Shown one piece after another: positions 47,304 to 56,356 of a stretch of DNA of 64,000 nucleotides; the stretch's first letter is position 1; the number at the start of each line of letters is the position of its first letter. Both the position numbers and the translations under genes were made by a program. The notes beneath the pieces are model-generated. The model made no database searches and was not told the origin of the DNA. It was given only the letters and a program-made list of their open reading frames with translations. Source of the DNA: Nitrospirota bacterium (lineage in GTDB: Bacteria > Nitrospirota > Nitrospiria > 2-01-FULL-66-17); contig JBMOMC010000001.1 of the NCBI GenBank assembly GCA_049325335.1, positions 468,193 through 532,192 of the forward strand, written 5' to 3'.

Positions 47304-49223
47304 TCAATCGTAATTCAAATCCCGTTTCTCGAACGGCGCCGCCGGCTTTTTCCCGAGAATGCGATGGAGCACCGAATTCATCGTGTAGGGGTCGTTGTCG
47401 AATCCGCCGTGCGTGTCGGAGGCGGATTCGGACCCCGGCGTCCCCGTGGTGCTCGATTCGATCACGTCGCCGAATGCCGCCCGCCGCAATCCTGGGTCTT
47501 TCTTGAAAAAACACTTCATGCCGAGCAACGGGGTGCCGCGTTGATCTTCCAACGCATTCGACACCAACCAGAGCAATGACCGACCGTACGGACCGACACT
47601 GTCATCCAGCTCCTGCTGCTCGCTTAACAAATACAACGTCGCACGGGGACACCGCTGTTCCCTGACCGGCTTAAGCACGCAGTCTTTGAATTCGTCGATC
47701 CGCACCGCGGGCGCGAAGAACTGCAGCGTCTTGAACGGGATGCCCAGCGAACTCAGGTGCTCCACGGCATGCGCGAACAAGATACTGCCGGCGCTATGCG
47801 CCACGACGTGCAACTCCCACTGCTGTCGCTCCGCCTCGCTGACTTGCGCGAGCGCCGCCAGCGCGTGTTTTTTCATCAATTCAACGGCGCCGATGCCACG
47901 ACGGTGAGCGGACGCCCGCCACGCGTTTTCCTTCATCTCGCCCCACATCTTTTTCCCGATCGGCGCAGATGACAATTCCAACATGAGGTCCTTGGCGTTC
48001 TTCATGCCGTCCAGAAGTCCGCCCCGCGCGCGTTGATCCGCGCTCGTGAACAGATCCGCGATGGAACTCTTGAGCGTCTCCAGCGCCCCAGTCTCCCACA
48101 TCAGATGGAGGGGGTAGACGCCGTTGGCCAAACACTTGTCCCGAAAGGCCACCACCCGCTTGGCCACCGCGTCCTCGCTGTTCAGCCCGCCGTGCAGATA
48201 CAGCAGGACCCGCTTCTTGCTCCATCGGCGCGCGGCCGCGGTTTGAGGAATCGTCTCGATGAATAGGCGTTGCAGATCGCTTTCACTCGTCCAATAATCG
48301 CCCGACTGCGACAGCTCGCCGTTATTCCCGACATCCACCACATAGGGCCGTACCTCGGACAGGGGGATGGTGTTGCGCCCGCGGAACCGGCCGGCCGTGG
48401 TGTCGGCCGCGCCTTCCCGCCCCCACAGATCCACGCTGAGCGGAACCCCGACTTGCGCGACCCAGACATCGGTCGTGTGTAGGATAAAGTCCTCATAGGG
48501 GACCACGGCGAAGCCGCCGGCTCCCCATCCAGAGCCCCACGAATTCTGCACGATAAAACCATCACGGGTATACCCGACCAAAGCAATGGCATGCCCGGAA
48601 TTTGCCTGCCCGATCCGTTTGATAACCGGGAGGGTGCGCGCCCCGCGGCCCGTCCCGGCCTTGACCGTGACTCTGCCTGGACTGTCCCACCCATCGTGCA
48701 CCATCATCGTGCAGTACACCGCACCGGTCTCGTGAATCGCGGCGTGGACGTCGCGCACTTCCCGGTGTTTGATCCGGTAGTACGCGCCGCATGGGGTATC
48801 GAGCGCCGCTCGGCTGATCCCCGCGTCAAGCGTTCCGCGACCGCGTGTCTGGTTGGGCCACACCGACGATTCACACACCCCGTGGCGCGCCCACCCCTTC
48901 ATGGCTCCGCGGGCCGAGGACCCTTCGTACTTCTCCCCGGGCCACTCGTCGTAACAGCGGGCCATTTCATACAACATCCGCGGACTCACCGCGCGCCGGA
49001 CGCCCCGTTGGTGCAAGAGATAATTGATAACGGCCGCGAGCGCAAACCCCGTGCACGCCCCTTCCTGACCTTGGTCCAGGATCGCCGGGACCTTGTGACA
49101 ATTCACGATGGCGTCCGGGAGCGCGGCGAGCGTGGGCGTATACGACCAATCCCGCAGATCAATCCGATCGGGAAACGCATCCAGCGTCCGTTTGCCGCTC
49201 AGAACAGATCGTTTGGCAGCCAT
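47304..49223 (-). CDS. C1 (papain-like) peptidase fused to alpha/beta-hydrolase domain
   Basis: DQGQEGACTGF, GHAIALVGY, QNSWG; then LYLHGGLN, AHSAG, THGGFDND; GAGGAGG RBS before ATG 49223. Confidence 0.88.
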   Translation of the reverse strand: MAAKRSVLSGKRTLDAFPDRIDLRDWSYTPTLAALPDAIVNCHKVPAILDQGQEGACTGFALAAVINYLLHQRGVRRAVSPRMLYEMARCYDEWPGEKYEGSSARGAMKGWARHGVCESSVWPNQTRGRGTLDAGISRAALDTPCGAYYRIKHREVRDVHAAIHETGAVYCTMMVHDGWDSPGRVTVKAGTGRGARTLPVIKRIGQANSGHAIALVGYTRDGFIVQNSWGSGWGAGGFAVVPYEDFILHTTDVWVAQVGVPLSVDLWGREGAADTTAGRFRGRNTIPLSEVRPYVVDVGNNGELSQSGDYWTSESDLQRLFIETIPQTAAARRWSKKRVLLYLHGGLNSEDAVAKRVVAFRDKCLANGVYPLHLMWETGALETLKSSIADLFTSADQRARGGLLDGMKNAKDLMLELSSAPIGKKMWGEMKENAWRASAHRRGIGAVELMKKHALAALAQVSEAERQQWELHVVAHSAGSILFAHAVEHLSSLGIPFKTLQFFAPAVRIDEFKDCVLKPVREQRCPRATLYLLSEQQELDDSVGPYGRSLLWLVSNALEDQRGTPLLGMKCFFKKDPGLRRAAFGDVIESSTTGTPGSESASDTHGGFDNDPYTMNSVLHRILGKKPAAPFEKRDLNYD

Positions 49224-49331
49224 CGTGTCCCTCCTCGAGGTAAGCATTCGCCGGTGATTCGCGGCGTGACGACGTTTTCCCTGAACCGAGATCCCGCGCG
49301 CAGGCCCACGGACATCGGTCTGCGACACGAC

Positions 49332-52300
49332 TTAGGTTTGCACGCCCACGCCGGCGCCCTCGCCGTTGCCGGCCAGCGTGCGCACCTCGATATCCTGGTC
49401 GACCGGTTCACCCGGTCCGGTTCGGCGCCGCGAAAGTACGGTATACGCGGTGGGGATCACGAACAGGGTGAGCAGCGTGCCCAATAGGAGCCCGCCCACG
49501 ATCACCCAGCCGATTTGCTGACGGCTCTCCCCGCCCGCGCCGTGCGCCAGGGCCAATGGGACCGAGCCCAGGATCATGGCTGCGGTGGTCATGAGAATGG
49601 GGCGCAATCGCAACGACGCGGCTTCGATGACGGCTTCGCGCACCGCGCGGCCGCGGTCCTGGAGTTGATTGGCGAACTCCACGATCAAAATGCCGTTCTT
49701 GGCGATCAAGCCCACCAGCATGACCATGCCGATCTGGCTGTACACGTTCAACGTGTTGCCGGTGAGTTTGAGCGACAGCAACGCGCCGGCCACGGCTAAC
49801 GGGACCGACAGCATGATGATGAACGGGTCGATAAAACTCTCGAATTGCGCGGCCAACACCAGGTACAGAAAAATCAGCGCCAAGGCAAACGCCACGTACA
49901 TGCTGGCGCCGGATTCCTTAAATTCCCGTGACTGGCCGTCCAGCGCGGTCTGCGAGCCCGGAGGGAGGACGTCCCTGGCCGCCTGATCCAGGAACGCGAG
50001 CGCATCGCCCAAGGCCACGCCGGGGGCGAGGTTGGCGGTGATGGTTGCGGCCCGCAGCCGGTTGAAGTGGTTGAGTTCCTTGGGCGCCACGGTTTCATCC
50101 ACCCGCACCAGATTGGCCAACTGCACGAGCCGATCGTCGTTGCCTCGGACGTAGATCGCGGTCAAGTCCTCCGGTGTGGTGCGGTCCTTGTCCGCGACCT
50201 TGACGATGACGTCGTACTGTTCCCCCTCGCGTTTGAACCGCGTGACCTGCCGCCCTCCGAGCAGGGTCTCCAAGGTCCGGCCCACGGTTTCCACTTCCAC
50301 GCCCACGTCCGAGGTCTTGTCGCGATCCACATGAACCGCGAACTGCGGCTTATTGAGTTTGAGATCGGTGTCCGCGTTGATCAACCCCGGGAATTCGCGC
50401 ACCTTGGCCATTAACGTCTCGACCATGGTTTGGAGCTCGGGATACGTGTTGCCTTGCACCACGAACATGACCGGCGGGTTGCGAAAACTCTGCCCCAACG
50501 ACGGCGGATTGATGGCGAACGCGAGCACGCCCGGCAGCCCGAACATCTTGGGCATTAACTCGCCCACGATCGCCTGTTGTTTGCGCTCACGCTCCGACCA
50601 CGGCTTGAGGCTCACGAACGAAAGCGCGGATGTCACGGGGTTGGGTCGCTCCAAGCCCGGAGCCACCACCATAAAGAAGGTCCTGATTTCCGGCACCTGA
50701 CTGTACAAGGTTTCCACGCGCCGCGCGTAGCCGTCGGTGTACGCCATGGTCGCGCCTTCGGGCGCGAGCAGCACGCCGATAATGGTGCCGCGATCCTCCA
50801 ACGGCGAAAGTTCGGCTTTTAAGGTCATGAACAGCAGCACGATCGACCCGGCCGCGACAAGCCCCAGCCCCACCACGACCCCGCGCCGATCCAGCGAGCG
50901 GGTCAACAGGCCGCGGTACCCGGCGTTGAGCCGCTCGAGGCCCCGTTCGATCATGCCGTACACGCGCCCGTGTTGGCGTTCATGGCGCAGGAGTTTGGCG
51001 CACATCATGGGCGTCAAGGTCAGTGCCACGAATCCCGACACCACCACCGCGGCCGACACCGTCAACGCGAATTCACGGAACAAACGCCCGGTGGTGCCGG
51101 TCATGAACGCCACCGGCACGAACACCGCGGCCACCGTGACGGTCATGGCGAGCACCGCGAATGCGATTTCGCGGCTGCCCTCCACCGCGGCCTGCCACGG
51201 CGCCATGCCGCGTTCGATGCGACGGTAAATATTCTCCAACATCACGATGGCATCGTCCACCACCAGCCCGATCGCCAGCACCAGGGCCAGCAACGTGAGC
51301 ACGTTGACGCTGAAGCCCAGGGCGTACACGAAGATGAAGGCACCGACCAATGAAACCGGGATGGTCACGAACGGAATCAACGTGGCGCGGGCCGACCGCA
51401 AAAAATAAAAAATTACCAGCACCACCAGCGCCAGGGCCTCGGCCAGAGCCTCGAACACGGACTGGATCGACTCATCGATGAAAATCGAACTGTCAAAGCC
51501 GATCTGCAACGTCATGCCCTCGGGCAGCGCGGCCCGCAGACCCGGCAGTTCAGCCTTGACCCCCTTAGCCACCGCCAGGGTGTTGGCGTTGGACTGTTTG
51601 ACCACGCCCAACCCCACCGCGGGATTGCCGTTGACCCGCACCGCGTTGCGATCATCCGCCGCGCCCAGTTCGGCGTACCCGACATCGCGCAATCGCACCG
51701 GGTAGTGATTGACCTGACGGATGATCAGGTTGTTGAACTCCTCCGGCGTGCGCAGATCGGTTTCGGTCAATACCGTAAATTCGCGCTGGCGGCTCTCGAT
51801 GCGGCCGGAGGGCACCTGCACGTTCTGGCGGCGCAACGCGGTTTCCACCTCTTGCGGGGTCAGGCCGTACGCGGCCAAGCGTTCGCGATCCAGCCACAAC
51901 CGCATGGCGTAGCGCCGTTCTCCCCCGATGATCACGCTCGCCACGCCCGGCAGGGTCTGCAATCGGTCGCGGACCACGCGGTCCGCGTAATCGGTGATCT
52001 CCAAGGGAGAATGGCGGTCGCTGGAGAACGCCACCCAGATCACGGGGAATGCGTCGGCTTCGACTTTGGCGATCACGGGCTCGTCGGCTTCCTCAGGCAG
52101 CCGCCCGCGCGCGCGGGCGACCCGATCGCGCACGTCGTTGGCCGCGACGTCGATGTCGCGTTCCAGGGTAAACTCCACCGTGATCTGGCTGACCTCTTCC
52201 CGGCTCACGGATTTGATGGTCCGGATGCCTTCGATCCCGGCAAGGGAATCTTCCAACGGCTGCGAAATCTGGCTTTCCACCACTTCCGCGCTGGCGCCGA

Positions 52301-52454
52301 TATACACGGTACGCACCGAGACGATCGGCGCGTCGATACTCGGGTACTCCCGAACCGCCAAACGCGTATACGAGATGACGCCGATCAAGATCAGCATCAC
52401 GCTCATCACGGTCGCGAGGACCGGCCGGCGGATGGAAAGTTCGGGGAGAAACAC
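49332..52454 (-). CDS. RND efflux permease (AcrB/AcrD/AcrF family)
   Basis: SIRRPV, GLVVDDAIV, KNGILIVEFA, RLRPILMT. Confidence 0.96.
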   Translation of the reverse strand: MFLPELSIRRPVLATVMSVMLILIGVISYTRLAVREYPSIDAPIVSVRTVYIGASAEVVESQISQPLEDSLAGIEGIRTIKSVSREEVSQITVEFTLERDIDVAANDVRDRVARARGRLPEEADEPVIAKVEADAFPVIWVAFSSDRHSPLEITDYADRVVRDRLQTLPGVASVIIGGERRYAMRLWLDRERLAAYGLTPQEVETALRRQNVQVPSGRIESRQREFTVLTETDLRTPEEFNNLIIRQVNHYPVRLRDVGYAELGAADDRNAVRVNGNPAVGLGVVKQSNANTLAVAKGVKAELPGLRAALPEGMTLQIGFDSSIFIDESIQSVFEALAEALALVVLVIFYFLRSARATLIPFVTIPVSLVGAFIFVYALGFSVNVLTLLALVLAIGLVVDDAIVMLENIYRRIERGMAPWQAAVEGSREIAFAVLAMTVTVAAVFVPVAFMTGTTGRLFREFALTVSAAVVVSGFVALTLTPMMCAKLLRHERQHGRVYGMIERGLERLNAGYRGLLTRSLDRRGVVVGLGLVAAGSIVLLFMTLKAELSPLEDRGTIIGVLLAPEGATMAYTDGYARRVETLYSQVPEIRTFFMVVAPGLERPNPVTSALSFVSLKPWSERERKQQAIVGELMPKMFGLPGVLAFAINPPSLGQSFRNPPVMFVVQGNTYPELQTMVETLMAKVREFPGLINADTDLKLNKPQFAVHVDRDKTSDVGVEVETVGRTLETLLGGRQVTRFKREGEQYDVIVKVADKDRTTPEDLTAIYVRGNDDRLVQLANLVRVDETVAPKELNHFNRLRAATITANLAPGVALGDALAFLDQAARDVLPPGSQTALDGQSREFKESGASMYVAFALALIFLYLVLAAQFESFIDPFIIMLSVPLAVAGALLSLKLTGNTLNVYSQIGMVMLVGLIAKNGILIVEFANQLQDRGRAVREAVIEAASLRLRPILMTTAAMILGSVPLALAHGAGGESRQQIGWVIVGGLLLGTLLTLFVIPTAYTVLSRRRTGPGEPVDQDIEVRTLAGNGEGAGVGVQT

Positions 52455-52455
52455 G

Positions 52456-53574
52456 TTAACCCTTGGGCGGCGCAGCCCCCCCGGACGACTCCTGGGGCGA
52501 CCCCTGGTCTTGGTTAATCACGGTGACCGCGGCGCCGTCGCGGATCTTGGTCTGGCCGCCGACGACCACCAGATCCTCGGGACCAAGGCCGGAGACGATC
52601 TCCGCTTCACCGGCCGCGCGGCGACCGATCACCACTTTGACCCGCGCGGCCTTGCCGTCCAACACCCGGAACACAAACGCCTCGTCGCCGACGGGTACCA
52701 CCGCCTGTTCCGGCACCAACAGCGCACTCGCTCGTTCGCCGACGATCACGGCCACGCGCGCGAACATGCCGGGCAACAGTTCGCCGCGCGGGTTGGGGAT
52801 CCGCGCGCGCACCAGCGCGGTTCGGGTGGCCTCGTCCAGTCGCGGGTCCATCGCCGCGATCGCCCCGGAAAACGCGCGCCCTGGGATCGCGTCAACGCGC
52901 AGGGCCACGGATTGCCCGACCGCCACCTGATTCACCCGGGCTTCCGGAACTCGAAAATCGACTTTGACCGTGGACACGTCCTCCAGGTTGACCACCGCCT
53001 GCCCCGGTTGGACGTAATCGCCGGGACTGACCTGGCGCAAGCCCAGTTTTCCGCCAAACGGCGCGCGGATGGTGGCCTTGTTGAGCCGCTCACGCGCCCC
53101 CGCCAACCCCGCCTCCGCGTCTTTGAGCTTGGAGGACAGTTCGTCGAACGCCTGCGGGCTGAGCAGCTTCTCCGCCCGCATCGGCTCGGCCCGCTCCACG
53201 TTCGCCCGCGCCAATTCGAGCGCGGCTTCGTGCTGCACCGCTTGCGCGGCCAGTTCCGCAGCGTCCAACCGCACGAGCACGTCGCCGGTTTTGACCGAAC
53301 GCCCCTCGGTAAATTCGATGCCCACGATCCGGCCCGCGATCTCCGCGCGAATGATCACCGACTCATTGGCCAACAACGAGCCCACGGCGCCGATTTCCTG
53401 CGCGACCGGTCCCACCCGCACGCGCGCGGCCTCAACCGGCATGGGCGGCATCCCGCCCGGAGGACCTCCGGCGCCGGGCGCACCGCCGGGGCGTTGCGCG
53501 TACACCGCCCACGCCGAACCCGCCAGCACGATCGCGGCCGCCACGGCAAACCGCGTACGCGTGATCGCCGTCAC
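52456..53574 (-). CDS. RND membrane fusion protein
   Basis: Lipoyl/hairpin motifs GDVLVRLD, IRAPFGG, LLPGMF, LLVPEQAV; GTG 53574 overlaps TolC stop. Confidence 0.93.
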   Translation of the reverse strand: MTAITRTRFAVAAAIVLAGSAWAVYAQRPGGAPGAGGPPGGMPPMPVEAARVRVGPVAQEIGAVGSLLANESVIIRAEIAGRIVGIEFTEGRSVKTGDVLVRLDAAELAAQAVQHEAALELARANVERAEPMRAEKLLSPQAFDELSSKLKDAEAGLAGARERLNKATIRAPFGGKLGLRQVSPGDYVQPGQAVVNLEDVSTVKVDFRVPEARVNQVAVGQSVALRVDAIPGRAFSGAIAAMDPRLDEATRTALVRARIPNPRGELLPGMFARVAVIVGERASALLVPEQAVVPVGDEAFVFRVLDGKAARVKVVIGRRAAGEAEIVSGLGPEDLVVVGGQTKIRDGAAVTVINQDQGSPQESSGGAAPPKG

Positions 53575-54890
53575 ATGGACTCCTTGGGCATGGCGGCTTC
53601 GGCTTCGCTCAGAAACCGACCCACGCTTCGCTGCAATTCCAGAATCGCTAGGTGTTGGTCGTACGTTGCGCCGATCACGTCGCGTTCGGCTTCGATCAAC
53701 GCTTGATTCGCGTCCAACACGTCCAAGTTGGTGGCCAATCCGAACGTAAACTGTTTGGAAACCATCTGATAGTTCTTCGCGGCGAACCGTCGCTGCTCGA
53801 GCCGCGACTCCAGCGCCCTGGTCACCGCGTCGAGGGTCCCGCGCGCGCGCGTCACGTCCAGATCCACTTGTTTTGCGAGCTTGGCCGTGGCCAGTTGACC
53901 CTGCTCCAACCGCGCGCGCGCCTGCCGCAGTTCGGCGCGCCGGAGGCCGCCGTCGAACAACGGGAACTCCAGGCGAGCGCCCACCGCCCAACTCTGATCG
54001 AGGAAAAAGGGCGATTCCGGATTCTGGCCGCGTTTGAACAGCGTGCCTTCCGCAGTCAGCGTCGGGAACAGGTTGGCGCGCGCGAACGCCACCCGGTCTT
54101 GCCCGATCCGCTCTTGAAGCCTGCTCTTGAGCAGTTCCTCGCGCGCGTCCTGCGCCACGGTTCGTAAGTGTTCCACGGCCTCGTCCGCGATGCGCGGCAA
54201 CGGCGGATCAGCAACCTCCACCGGATCGGGAAGCCCGGTGAGCAATTGCAGTTCGCGCCCGGCGATCGCGCGGTCATTCTGGCGCGCGACCAACTCCGCT
54301 TTGGCGCCAGCCAGTTCCGCCTCGGCGCGCAACAAGATGGATTCGGTCACCTCCCCCACCTTGTAACGCAACTCAGACAGACGGCGGTGTTCGGTCAACC
54401 GCTCGACGTTGTGGGTTTGAATCTCCACATTCTTTTGGGCGCGCAACGCGTCGTAAAAAACCTGCGCCACGCGAAGCAAGACCGCTTCCCGGGAAAGCCG
54501 CAAGTCCGCGCCCGCCACGCCCACGCCTTGCTTCGCGATCCGCAATCCCGCGCTGTTTTTCCCGCCCGCGTACAAGGCTTGTTCGAGCGTGGCTTCCGCG
54601 CTGTAGCTGTCGCGAGGTTGGATAATGCCGATCGGCCCGCTCTCTTCCGGATATCGCCAGTAGGTGCCCCGCACCGTCAACTGCGGCAGCACCGTGGACC
54701 GGGCGCGCCGGATCTCCTCTTCGGCTTGACGCACGCTGTGTTCCCCGATCCGCACGTCCTCGCTGCGCTCGAGCGCCAACGTATAGGCTTGGCCCAACGT
54801 GGTCGGCGCCGCGCCCACACCCGCGGGGAGCCCCAGCCACCCGAGAGCGAGCAGTACGATCGGGGTCATGGTGTTGATGTCACGGTTCAT
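53571..54890 (-). CDS. TolC family outer membrane efflux protein
   Basis: Signal peptide, LPQLT, PLFDGG, LDVLDA; AAGGAG RBS before ATG 54890. Confidence 0.92.
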   Translation of the reverse strand: MNRDINTMTPIVLLALGWLGLPAGVGAAPTTLGQAYTLALERSEDVRIGEHSVRQAEEEIRRARSTVLPQLTVRGTYWRYPEESGPIGIIQPRDSYSAEATLEQALYAGGKNSAGLRIAKQGVGVAGADLRLSREAVLLRVAQVFYDALRAQKNVEIQTHNVERLTEHRRLSELRYKVGEVTESILLRAEAELAGAKAELVARQNDRAIAGRELQLLTGLPDPVEVADPPLPRIADEAVEHLRTVAQDAREELLKSRLQERIGQDRVAFARANLFPTLTAEGTLFKRGQNPESPFFLDQSWAVGARLEFPLFDGGLRRAELRQARARLEQGQLATAKLAKQVDLDVTRARGTLDAVTRALESRLEQRRFAAKNYQMVSKQFTFGLATNLDVLDANQALIEAERDVIGATYDQHLAILELQRSVGRFLSEAEAAMPKESM

Positions 54891-54949
54891 TGATCGCTCC
54901 TTCTCTGATCCCGCAGCGGACCTATCACACGGCCAGCCTGATGACGCGT

Positions 54950-56350
54950 TCACCGTCCGCGTTTGGATCGTACCACGATGCGAATCGGCGTGCCGCGAAA
55001 GCCGAACCGCCGGCGCAGGGCGTTTTCCAGATACCGCCGGTAGTGCGCGGACACGGCCTTGGCGTCGTTCGCGAACACCACGAACGTGGGCGGCTTCACG
55101 CCCGCCTGCGTGATGTAGTTGAGGCGCACGGCGCGGCCCTTGGACAGGGGCGGCGGGTGATCGCGCACCACCCCGTCGAAAAAACGATTCAGATCCCCGG
55201 TGGTCACGCGCGTGGTGTAGGCCGCGATGACCTCGTCGATCGCGGCAAAGAGTTGGCCCACGCCCGTGCCTTTGAGCGCGGAGAGAAAGACCACCGGCGC
55301 GTGTTCCAGGAACGTGAACCGCCGCGTGATTTCGGGCAGAAACGCGGCGCGTTCGGCCTCGCCGCGGGGCTTGAGATCCCACTTGTTGATCACGAGCACA
55401 CACGCGCGGCCAGCGGCCAGCGCTTCGCCCACGATTTTGGTTTCCTGCTCGACCACGCCCTCGATCGCGTCGATGAGCACCACCACCGCATCGGTTCGGG
55501 ACAGGGTGTCGCGCGTGCGCTCCACGCTGAAGTGCTCCACCCCTCGGCTGACCTTGCCGCGGCGCCGCAACCCCGCGGTGTCGATGAAGCGATACACTTT
55601 CCCGTTGCGCTCGATCAGGCTGTCGATGGTGTCGCGGGTGGTGCCGGGCACGTCGCTGGTCACCAAACGCTCTTCGCCCAGCAACGTGTTGATCAACGTG
55701 GATTTGCCCACGTTCGGCCGCCCCAGCACCACGACCCGCGGGATGGTCTCGGCTTGCGGCGGCTCGACCACGCGGTCCTGCTTGGGAATCGCGGCTTCGA
55801 GCAGATCGTCCACGCCGTAGCCGTGCTCCGCAGACAGCGGGAACAGCTTCTCGACTCCGAGCCGGTAGAAGTCGATGATCTTGGCGTCGTGTTTGGGACC
55901 GTCGACCTTGTTGACCGCGTACCACACGGGCTTGCGGACCTTGCGCAGCCGCTCGGCAATGTCCAGATCGATCGGGGTCAATCCCTCCCGCCCGTCCATC
56001 AGATACACGATGACGTCGGCTTCTTCGATCGCCAGATCGGTCTGGCGCTGCACCTCGGCCAACAGCCGCGCAGTCCCAGACAACGGGGACAGGCTACTTT
56101 TTGGGTCAGACGCTGTTGCTGGAACCGTCGCCTGTTCCCTTTGCTCGCCGGTGATCCCGCCCGTGTCGATCAGCGTGAACCGGTTCCCACAATACTCCAC
56201 CGGGTAATAGTTGCGATCGCGCGTCACCCCGGGTTCGTCCTGCACAATGGCCACGCGGTGTCCGATCAGGCGGTTGAACAACGTGGACTTGCCCACGTTG
56301 GGCCGGCCGATGAACGCCACATACGGATGGGGGTAGAGGTCGCGCGCCAT
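54950..56350 (-). CDS. der: ribosome biogenesis GTPase Der (EngA)
   Basis: Two GRPNVGKS/DTxG/NKxD G domains plus KH-like C-terminus (GTPIRI). Confidence 0.97.
   Translation of the reverse strand: MARDLYPHPYVAFIGRPNVGKSTLFNRLIGHRVAIVQDEPGVTRDRNYYPVEYCGNRFTLIDTGGITGEQREQATVPATASDPKSSLSPLSGTARLLAEVQRQTDLAIEEADVIVYLMDGREGLTPIDLDIAERLRKVRKPVWYAVNKVDGPKHDAKIIDFYRLGVEKLFPLSAEHGYGVDDLLEAAIPKQDRVVEPPQAETIPRVVVLGRPNVGKSTLINTLLGEERLVTSDVPGTTRDTIDSLIERNGKVYRFIDTAGLRRRGKVSRGVEHFSVERTRDTLSRTDAVVVLIDAIEGVVEQETKIVGEALAAGRACVLVINKWDLKPRGEAERAAFLPEITRRFTFLEHAPVVFLSALKGTGVGQLFAAIDEVIAAYTTRVTTGDLNRFFDGVVRDHPPPLSKGRAVRLNYITQAGVKPPTFVVFANDAKAVSAHYRRYLENALRRRFGFRGTPIRIVVRSKRGR
56081..56143. repeat. REP-like palindrome inserted in frame within der
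   Basis: CAACGGGGACAGGCTAC / GTCGCCTGTTCCCTTTG arms (14/17 complementary plus one G-T); 63 bp = exactly 21 codons. Confidence 0.7.
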
Positions 56351-56356
56351 GCTGGG

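Noticed and set aside
54891..55925. Long N-terminal extension of the TolC ORF (likewise secA 24816-25133 and MFP 53575-53991)
   Set aside because: Overlaps real neighbouring genes in other frames; RBS and family starts lie downstream
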